IMG/VR virus record: IMGVR_UViG_3300008448_000010
DNA: 56,653 nucleotides
From: an uncultured virus (IMG/VR IMGVR_UViG_3300008448_000010)
Taxonomy: Duplodnaviria > Heunggongvirae > Uroviricota > Caudoviricetes
Reading direction: 5' to 3' (one strand)
In this document: one piece after another, positions 50,410 through 56,653 of the stretch
Layout of the letters: every line of letters starts with the position of its first letter
How positions within the stretch are numbered: position 1 is the first letter of the stretch
The notes under the pieces: model-generated
Database searches by the model: none
The model's input: the letters and a program-made list of their open reading frames with translations, nothing else
Told to the model about the DNA's origin: nothing
Position numbers and translations under genes: made by a program

Positions 50410-50764
50410 ATTTGGTTTTTTTAAAATTTGTTTTTTTAAGTTCTTGTTCTGTAATTTTTTGTTCTAATAAAATTAAAAGGTCTAGTTTAGTTTCTAAACT
50501 TTTTTTATTATAATAAGCTGCAAAAGTTGAAGTATCATGGCTTTGTAAAATCTTAGTGTATCTTGGTATAGCATTTCTTACAAGTTTTGGTCTTGCAACA
50601 AATTGTCCTAAGCCTTCTACATTAATTCTTGGAAAAACTAAATTACTCAATAACTGTCTAACCTCATTATAATAAAACTCTACCAATTCCTCTACTAAAA
50701 TGTTTGATATATCTAATTCTTCAGATACATCCTTATAAAGTTTATTGGATTTCTTTGGAATCAT
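50375..50764 (-). CDS. HU/IHF-like DNA-binding protein
   Basis: LYKDVSEELDIS...VEELV...RINVEGLGQF matches the HU helix-helix plus I.GFG.F pattern. Confidence 0.65.
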   Translation of the reverse strand: MIPKKSNKLYKDVSEELDISNILVEELVEFYYNEVRQLLSNLVFPRINVEGLGQFVARPKLVRNAIPRYTKILQSHDTSTFAAYYNKKSLETKLDLLILLEQKITEQELKKTNFKKTKYESSTENTLGK

Positions 50765-51122
50765 TTCCTAAAAATTTGTAATCTAATAATATAGTACCCT
50801 CAGTTTGAATTTTTAAATCTGGATTAAGAAATATTATTTTTTTATTTTCTTTATCTTTTACAATAAGATTGTTTTTTTCTGCTTTGTTAATGCAGTTTCT
50901 TACTGTTTGTGGAGACTTAAAAATTGTTTCTTCATCTGAAGATGCATCATAACAAAAATGTGTTAGTTCTATTGGTTGATTAAAACTTAATAGGGTTAGA
51001 CAATTTAAATCAGAGTTACTCATTTCAATACCATTTATATAACAATGAGTAAGTATTTGGAACTTAACTATATTCCATTTAGGCATCATAACTTTTTTTT
51101 GTACTTGGTTTACTAAAGCCAT
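50742..51122 (-). CDS. Winged-helix DNA-binding protein (RepL-like)
   Basis: SPQTVRNCINKAEKNNLIVK...IFLNP. Confidence 0.55.
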   Translation of the reverse strand: MALVNQVQKKVMMPKWNIVKFQILTHCYINGIEMSNSDLNCLTLLSFNQPIELTHFCYDASSDEETIFKSPQTVRNCINKAEKNNLIVKDKENKKIIFLNPDLKIQTEGTILLDYKFLGNDSKEIQ

Positions 51123-51124
51123 GA

Positions 51125-51430
51125 TTATTCTCTTTTTAGTTTTCTTTCTCTTACTGGGTTTTCATTAGCACCTTCTTTTTTAGTATATCTTTCTTCTGTT
51201 TCAAATTCTTCAGGATGTTGCATTTGATACATTTGCATAGAATACTGAGTATCATACTGAAATCTTTTATATTTAAATTCTGATATTTCAGCTAATAATT
51301 TTTCATACTTATGTTGTGCTTCTAAAAAAGGAACAGCTTCTTCAAAAAATTCTTTCATTTCTTCTTTTCTAGCAACTAATTGTTCAGGAGATAAAGCTTC
51401 CATTTCTTCCTGTTGATTTACATTTTCCAT
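51125..51430 (-). CDS. Hypothetical coiled-coil protein
   Basis: E/K/Q-rich 101 aa; first gene after a terminator and promoter. Confidence 0.65.
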   Translation of the reverse strand: MENVNQQEEMEALSPEQLVARKEEMKEFFEEAVPFLEAQHKYEKLLAEISEFKYKRFQYDTQYSMQMYQMQHPEEFETEERYTKKEGANENPVRERKLKRE

Positions 51431-51453
51431 TGTTTATATTTTTAAAGTTTAAA

Positions 51454-51461
51454 CAAATATA
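51454..51461 (-). promoter_or_regulatory. Bacteroidota-type -7 box TATATTTG flanked by AAGTTTA half-sites
   Basis: Exact TAnnTTTG match on the minus strand; aagttta near 51445 and 51468; no clear -33 box. Confidence 0.5.
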
Positions 51462-51492
51462 CTATAAAAGTTTAAATAAAAAATATTTAAAC

Positions 51493-51526
51493 AAAAAAAA
51501 TCCAGATAAATTAAATTACCTGGATT
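51493..51526 (-). terminator. Rho-independent terminator
   Basis: AATCCAGGTAA-TTTAAT-TTATCTGGATT followed by a T run on the minus strand. Confidence 0.75.
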
Positions 51527-51547
51527 ATTATAGCTTAAATAAGAGTT

Positions 51548-51853
51548 TTATTTTTTAGTTTTAATAATCCCTCCTTTTTTTTGTTTTTTCTTAAACATGT
51601 TACTTACAGTTTTATTTGTAAGTTCTGCAATACCTAAACCTACTGCACCTGCTCCTGCTGCTATTTTAGCACCAAGACCTAATTTTTCTCCAGCACTTCT
51701 AACTCTAAATGTTTTAGTTTTTCCACATTTAGGTCTTCTTCTACGTTTTGGCCAACCATCTACAATAACAGTCTCCATACAAGGATCATCAGATGAACCT
51801 CCTGTTTCATAACTTTTCATAGATCTAATCATTTGATTTTTACTATCTTTCAT
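51548..51853 (-). CDS. Small basic protein with xxxGG motifs and a hydrophobic segment
   Basis: YETGG, QKKGG; LGLGAKIAAGAGAVGLGIA; ends KKGGIIKTKK like the 240-aa protein. Confidence 0.65.
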   Translation of the reverse strand: MKDSKNQMIRSMKSYETGGSSDDPCMETVIVDGWPKRRRRPKCGKTKTFRVRSAGEKLGLGAKIAAGAGAVGLGIAELTNKTVSNMFKKKQKKGGIIKTKK

Positions 51854-51855
51854 GA

Positions 51856-52014
51856 TTATCTATTTTTAATTGTCCAATTTAGTATTGTTAGCATGTAAAA
51901 TTCTCTAGAGATATCTATCTCTAAAGTAAATACATCTACTGAAGATAATCTAAATCTTATAGATATTTTGTCCCATTGTTTTCTTGCTGATTTCCAGCTA
52001 TTTCTAAATTTCAT
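51856..52014 (-). CDS. Small hypothetical protein (52 aa)
   Basis: Below track cutoff; MKFRNSWKSARKQWDKISIRFRLSSVDVFTLEIDISREFYMLTILNWTIKNR; fills the gap. Confidence 0.65.
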   Translation of the reverse strand: MKFRNSWKSARKQWDKISIRFRLSSVDVFTLEIDISREFYMLTILNWTIKNR

Positions 52015-52028
52015 AATTGTTTGTTTAA

Positions 52029-52622
52029 TTAATTAATATCTTTACTCTCTAGTAAAGTATATGTAAAATGATTGCCATGAAAGTCTTTTGCTTTATTTAT
52101 TATTTTCATGAACTCATCAAAATCTTTTGATCTTTTAAATACTTGACATCCTTCTGACCAATTCTCTACAAAGTTTGATACTGAACCTGCTTTATGGATA
52201 TTTATACCAAACATTCCTGTATCTGTTTCAACCTCATCAAAGGTCATGTTTTTATTTTTATCTCTCCATACAGTCACATTACCTAATCTTTGGCACAGAG
52301 CTTCATATTTTCCTTGGTGTTTAGATATAGCATAAACTCCTCTATATTGTCCTGGAACTAATCTAGCTACTCCATTAGCATTGTGATATTGTGTAACTCC
52401 TTTTTTACCGGGCTCAGTTGTGTTGTCCCATTCATGATACTGCCATACTCCATCTAACTTATAAGATAGAGTTATCTTATCATCAAATAGATTAGTTACT
52501 GTTTTACCAGTATCAGAGTTTCTTACTCCTACTATATTAACATCATAGTTTCCAGGACCTTTAAAATAAGTGTATCCTTTTTCTTTTACTGCTGCCTCTA
52601 TTTGTTCTCTAGTATATAACAT
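52029..52622 (-). CDS. Putative endolysin, L,D-transpeptidase-like His/Cys peptidase
   Basis: FGINIHKAG...WSEGCQV resembles the YkuD H...SxGC site; lies downstream of holin and spanin. Confidence 0.7.
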   Translation of the reverse strand: MLYTREQIEAAVKEKGYTYFKGPGNYDVNIVGVRNSDTGKTVTNLFDDKITLSYKLDGVWQYHEWDNTTEPGKKGVTQYHNANGVARLVPGQYRGVYAISKHQGKYEALCQRLGNVTVWRDKNKNMTFDEVETDTGMFGINIHKAGSVSNFVENWSEGCQVFKRSKDFDEFMKIINKAKDFHGNHFTYTLLESKDIN

Positions 52623-52628
52623 TTAACT

Positions 52629-53228
52629 TTATTTATTTAAAGGTTGTGTACTTGGTGCTGTTACTGTTAAGCATTTACCTATTGAATTAGATGTTGTTGG
52701 TCCATAATGCATAAACCCAACTGGTAGTAATGAAGTTGAAGACTGTGTTTCAAAATTTACATAACCTACTACTCCCCCTGTTGTCATTTCCCATACAAAT
52801 TTAAAGTCAGTATTTGGATTCCATGTTGTTGTTGTAGAAACCCTAAAGGTTCCAACTACTACTCCTTTGTCAGTAGGTATAATAGGAGCTGTTTCATTGG
52901 TAAAGATATTTGTTGCTGAAGAAAAATTTAATTTTCTTTGCCCTGAGATATACGGTAAGTTAGTTGTTACTTTAGGCCAACCTAACCATGCCGGATCAGT
53001 ATTGTCATTTAATGCTTTCCATGTTATAGTTCCTGTTGTTATTTTTGGAGCATGGACACCACGTATAATTAAAGCATTTAATTTAACTACTGTTGTTCCA
53101 GTGCTTGTTAAACGGATCTGGAAATCAGCAGTATTAGATGTTGAACTCAACCACTCCATATCCATTCTGACTGATACTGTTGGAGCAATATTAGTTAATT
53201 CTTGTAATCTTTGTTCTTTAGTAGTCAT
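52629..53228 (-). CDS. Hypothetical beta-rich protein within the lysis cassette
   Basis: 199 aa, Thr-rich alternating strand pattern; overlaps the holin stop by 4 bp. Confidence 0.55.
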   Translation of the reverse strand: MTTKEQRLQELTNIAPTVSVRMDMEWLSSTSNTADFQIRLTSTGTTVVKLNALIIRGVHAPKITTGTITWKALNDNTDPAWLGWPKVTTNLPYISGQRKLNFSSATNIFTNETAPIIPTDKGVVVGTFRVSTTTTWNPNTDFKFVWEMTTGGVVGYVNFETQSSTSLLPVGFMHYGPTTSNSIGKCLTVTAPSTQPLNK

Positions 53229-53692
53229 TTTTTGTTTATTTTATTTATATCATTTTTAATATCTTTAGCTCTAGCAAAAAGTAACTTCATTGACTGCCAT
53301 AGGTCTATGCCTTTTACTACTTTGTAGTTCTCATTAATACTCATTACTTCTATACTAGCTAGGACCAATGCTACTACTTTAGTTAACATAAATGGTACAC
53401 TAAAAAAAGTTAGTATGATATCATTAAGTATGAATTGGTCTATCAAAAAAAACATTATAACAGTAACTTCATAAAGGGCCAGTTTGCTGATTATACTTGA
53501 GAGTTTTCTACTAGTAATTTTTTCATTTAACTTATTAGCTTTCCATATTCCTGTAAAAGTATCAATAGCTATTAATACTCCAATCATCAGTAGTATTCCT
53601 GAGATTGGTAAAAAGAATGCAAGGCAAATAGATATTAAAGTCAAAAGTTCTTGTTGTATAGATATTAATAATAATGTCAACTGTGTTTTCAT
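53225..53692 (-). CDS. Holin (Phage_holin_4_1-like)
   Basis: Multiple TM segments; IDTFTGIWKA...ITSRKL...KL..Y...IEVMSINEN. Confidence 0.85.
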   Translation of the reverse strand: MKTQLTLLLISIQQELLTLISICLAFFLPISGILLMIGVLIAIDTFTGIWKANKLNEKITSRKLSSIISKLALYEVTVIMFFLIDQFILNDIILTFFSVPFMLTKVVALVLASIEVMSINENYKVVKGIDLWQSMKLLFARAKDIKNDINKINKK

Positions 53693-54171
53693 AATAAATA
53701 AAGTTTAATCAGCTTGTAACCAAAGTATACAAGTAGTATAATAAATAGTATTACCCCTAGTACAGCAAAGAAATTTACCCACCATGGAATGTATTTAATT
53801 TTTTCTGGTTTTAAAGTTTTGGTGACAACTCTGGTATGATAGACATCATTACCTTTAATTGTTTTATAGATTGTATGAACTTTAGCTTTTGTGTAATACA
53901 CATTATCTTTAATCTTAGTTTGTACACTAACTAAAGTACCATCTTTGTCTCTTAAGTCTTCTTTTAGTTTAGATATAATATTACCTAATGAATCACAATA
54001 TAAAGTGTCAATTAAGGTTATAGTTTCTCCAGGAATTACAATTGTAGTATCTTTAATTTGTATTACAGTTACTGTACTATCTTTTTGTACACATAGTGGA
54101 CAATATTTTGCTAGTCTTTTTTCAAGAGAGCAAGATGATAATAATAAAAATAATATAATTAAGTATTTCAT
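53689..54171 (-). CDS. Unimolecular spanin-like lipoprotein
   Basis: Signal peptide with lipobox LSSC, beta-rich middle (DSTVTV, DTTIV, DTLY), C-terminal TM helix; adjacent to holin. Confidence 0.72.
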   Translation of the reverse strand: MKYLIILFLLLSSCSLEKRLAKYCPLCVQKDSTVTVIQIKDTTIVIPGETITLIDTLYCDSLGNIISKLKEDLRDKDGTLVSVQTKIKDNVYYTKAKVHTIYKTIKGNDVYHTRVVTKTLKPEKIKYIPWWVNFFAVLGVILFIILLVYFGYKLIKLYLL

Positions 54172-54327
54172 TTATTCTCCTTTAAGAGATTTCAACTCTT
54201 TATACATAGCCAGTAGTTGTGCTTCTTTTTGAGCAATTAGTTCCTCTTGAGTAGGACCGTCTACTTCAGTGAAAATAACTTCAACAAAGCCATTCTCATC
54301 ATAAATTTCATTTCTTAGTTGTGCCAT
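54172..54327 (-). CDS. Small protein (51 aa), possible fibre chaperone
   Basis: Below track cutoff; MAQLRNEIYDENGFVEVIFTEVDGPTQEELIAQKEAQLLAMYKELKSLKGE; follows a fibre-like gene. Confidence 0.6.
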   Translation of the reverse strand: MAQLRNEIYDENGFVEVIFTEVDGPTQEELIAQKEAQLLAMYKELKSLKGE

Positions 54328-54329
54328 AA

Positions 54330-55013
54330 TTATACTGCTGTTAAATTTATTGAGGGTGCATATGATTGTGATAGATTAGTTGTACCGAGTGTTGCTGGTG
54401 CATTGGGAAAAGTTGTAGCTACATTAACATTAGAAAAAGCACTACCCATACCACTATTAGATATTGGTATCATTTCGTTATAGTCTAGTATAATAAGTGA
54501 AACAGATAAATTTGAATAAGTACCTAACCAATAAGTTGTTCCTGCTGTAAATGTAAAAGCTGCAGTATATGTTTTATCACCTGTTGTACTACAATCTAAA
54601 CTTGTACTTTCTAATAATTTAGAAGAAGGGACACCATTTAAATCAGAATATACAAGTAATCTTAATAATCCTCCAACTGTAGCTAATTGTACATTAACAA
54701 TAAGATTTTTAATTGTTAATGAATTTGCAGGTATAAAAGGGTATAATAAAATATTATTACCTGCTATACTTGCATATGTGAGAAATGATACTGCATTTAA
54801 ACGCACACTATATGTTCTATTTGAAATAGGTGTTGTTAACACATGTACTCCACCTCCACCTGCAGAACCTGGTACATTAACAGTAACAGCATTTCCAACA
54901 TTTGTTGCAGTTATACCTGCTCCTGTAAAATCAATACTATTTACATCAGAAGTTTTTAATACTCCTTCATCTTGAATAGCAATTTGTTTTGATATAGTAA
55001 TACTTGTAGACAT
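54330..55013 (-). CDS. Fibre/spike-like structural protein
   Basis: IQDEG...IDFTGAGITAT..G.AVTVNVPG shaft motif followed by a beta-sandwich (RLLVYSD..GVP...AGTTYWLG). Confidence 0.6.
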   Translation of the reverse strand: MSTSITISKQIAIQDEGVLKTSDVNSIDFTGAGITATNVGNAVTVNVPGSAGGGGVHVLTTPISNRTYSVRLNAVSFLTYASIAGNNILLYPFIPANSLTIKNLIVNVQLATVGGLLRLLVYSDLNGVPSSKLLESTSLDCSTTGDKTYTAAFTFTAGTTYWLGTYSNLSVSLIILDYNEMIPISNSGMGSAFSNVNVATTFPNAPATLGTTNLSQSYAPSINLTAV

Positions 55014-55080
55014 TATAGTGTATATGAAATTAAATTTAAAAAACTTAGAATTTTATTAAAGTTTATATTAGTAATAATAA

Positions 55081-55425
55081 TTATTGAACAGTGATAATTA
55101 AAAACTCAGTTCCTGCAGCACTATAAACTATTGCATTTAAAGTATTACTAATACCTCCTGCATCAAAGTTTATTGTTTCATTAGGTTTTAAAGTAATTGA
55201 ACTTACAGATCCATTAGCTGTTCCAACATTAGAAATTGAAATAGATGTTTTACCAGCTGTAATAGTACCTGATGCTGTAGGTCTTAAAATTGTTGTTACT
55301 TTTGTAGCACCAACTGTATTACCAAGTAATACATTAATCATACTTGTAAAACCTTGAAGCATTTTTAATTGCCAAGGAAAGTTATTTCCTTTATTCCCGT
55401 AATCTTGTAAATTTCCTATTGACAT
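55081..55425 (-). CDS. Small beta-rich structural protein
   Basis: SISISNVG...TLKPNETINFDAG; lies in the fibre cluster. Confidence 0.5.
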   Translation of the reverse strand: MSIGNLQDYGNKGNNFPWQLKMLQGFTSMINVLLGNTVGATKVTTILRPTASGTITAGKTSISISNVGTANGSVSSITLKPNETINFDAGGISNTLNAIVYSAAGTEFLIITVQ

Positions 55426-55449
55426 GTTTTCTTATTTTAATGTTTATTT

Positions 55450-56127
55450 TTAATATACTTTAGTTAATACAAAGTTTTGAGATTGAATTTTGTCAGCAGT
55501 ACTTGCTGCTCCCCATTGAGCTGTAAAAAATAAAGTATTAAGAATAGTAGTGTTAAATGTAGTATTATTAACTAAAGCAAAATTATTTCCTGCTATTTCA
55601 CCTGCTGCATTATGATTATAACTAAATTGACCATTTGTAAATAATTCAGCAACTCCTGCTACTCCTATTTTAGTAATTGTAAAATCTATATTAAGTTCAA
55701 AAAATTTATCTGTTGTTATTTTCATGCTAAATACACCTGCATCTCCTATAATATTACCATTGGACTTTACTCTAAAATGAATTGTTGCAGCATTTGCACA
55801 AGATAAATATCCACATATTCTAGCAGTAAAACTATCTCCTACCTTAAATGTATTAGGTGGTACCGATAAAGTACCTACTCCTGCTCCTATTAATGAAGAT
55901 TCTACAGTAGTATTAGTAATAAGTGTTCCTAGTGCAGTTTGAGCGTATAAACCTGATTTTGTTTGATTAAGAAAATCTGAAATAGTCATTCCATAACTTT
56001 GATATGAATCTCCTTTTGTATTAAAACCAACATCAGCACCTAATACAAGTAAATCTGTATTGGAATTATTAAATGTAGTTTTAATAAGGTTTTTACTTTT
56101 TAAGTAAATCCAGTTTAGGATATCCAT
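55450..56127 (-). CDS. Head/tail fibre-like protein
   Basis: MDILN N-terminus shared with the upstream gene; beta-rich C-terminal domain. Confidence 0.5.
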   Translation of the reverse strand: MDILNWIYLKSKNLIKTTFNNSNTDLLVLGADVGFNTKGDSYQSYGMTISDFLNQTKSGLYAQTALGTLITNTTVESSLIGAGVGTLSVPPNTFKVGDSFTARICGYLSCANAATIHFRVKSNGNIIGDAGVFSMKITTDKFFELNIDFTITKIGVAGVAELFTNGQFSYNHNAAGEIAGNNFALVNNTTFNTTILNTLFFTAQWGAASTADKIQSQNFVLTKVY

Positions 56128-56136
56128 GATATATTG

Positions 56137-56604
56137 TTAAGCAACAATAAAGAAGTGAACTTTAACAACTGCATTTAATGCTACTGAACCTTGATTAGCT
56201 ATTGTAACATTAAATGAACCATTTGCTACAGTTGATACTGTTACGTCAGCATTACCATTACCTACATATTCTGTAGATACAAGAACTACTGATGATGTTT
56301 TAACAACACTATTAGTTATTGTAAATGTAACTTCATCTAAAGAAGCAAGTGTTTGTGTAAAAGAAGTAACAACTCCAGAAGGTGTATTCAAAGTTACCGG
56401 TGTAGTAGTACTAGTTAACTGTGTTACAGTTCCTTTATTATATAATGGTTTTAATCCATCAGCATTTAAAGCTAAAGTTAACCACTCATCATCTCTTGTA
56501 GCATCTTTAGCAGCAAGTGGTAATAAAACTCCTGTGTCAGTAGGTACTGTTGTTACATAACGTACTCCTTTTTTAACCCAACTAATAAAATTTAAAATAT
56601 CCAT
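56137..56604 (-). CDS. Head/tail fibre-like protein
   Basis: GTVTQLTS.TT.VTLN..SGV...FTITNS.V...SVVLVS...GSF.VTI.N. Confidence 0.55.
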   Translation of the reverse strand: MDILNFISWVKKGVRYVTTVPTDTGVLLPLAAKDATRDDEWLTLALNADGLKPLYNKGTVTQLTSTTTPVTLNTPSGVVTSFTQTLASLDEVTFTITNSVVKTSSVVLVSTEYVGNGNADVTVSTVANGSFNVTIANQGSVALNAVVKVHFFIVA

Positions 56605-56639
56605 TTTGTTTGTTTTTTAAGTATTAATAATATATATAT

Positions 56640-56653
56640 ATAATATACACAAA
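56640..56653 (-). promoter_or_regulatory. Putative promoter box TATATTAT (upstream part outside window)
   Basis: TTTGTGTATATTAT, same core as the other intergenic sites. Confidence 0.4.

Noticed and set aside
30..54975. All plus-strand ORFs in the track, and nested minus-strand ORFs 9950-10150 and 24102-24326
   Set aside because: They lie within long minus-strand genes and have shadow-like composition with no recognisable motifs.
1..56653. Stop-codon reassignment as in some gut crAss-like phages
   Set aside because: Genes tile the window densely under the standard code, and TAG ends genes at sensible positions (7752, 37734, 38400, 43805).
1..56653. CRISPR array, tRNA, rRNA, integrase or IS element
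   Set aside because: No regularly spaced repeats, cloverleafs or such genes seen; intergenic gaps are short and mostly explained by promoters and terminators.

Overview
AT-rich segment of a crAss-like (Crassvirales-related) podophage, probably infecting an environmental Bacteroidota host. All credible genes lie on the minus strand and use the standard code. Reading right to left (direction of transcription): fibre-like genes; a lysis cassette (u-spanin-like lipoprotein, holin, His/Cys endolysin); small DNA-binding proteins and a PD-(D/E)XK nuclease; terminase, portal, acidic scaffold-like protein and major capsid protein; a cluster of small Lys-rich proteins; an EndoVII homing endonuclease; ring, Dps-like, auxiliary capsid and tail-hub proteins; Cys-rich fibres with an embedded trypsin-like protease; ring and muzzle proteins; then five large probable virion cargo proteins, the last running off the left edge. 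Main leads: (1) about 35 copies of an x-x-x-Gly-Gly motif concentrated in cargo and small basic proteins; (2) a polyvalent cargo protein whose ART-like and lysozyme-like cassettes are bounded by DNA direct repeats; (3) an intergenic hairpin whose loop is the exact antisense of a 9-mer next to three start codons; (4) a repeated promoter with palindromic operator-like boxes; (5) a homing endonuclease that appears to have taken over the 5' end of a structural gene. Family assignments come from motif reading and gene order only; no searches were run.
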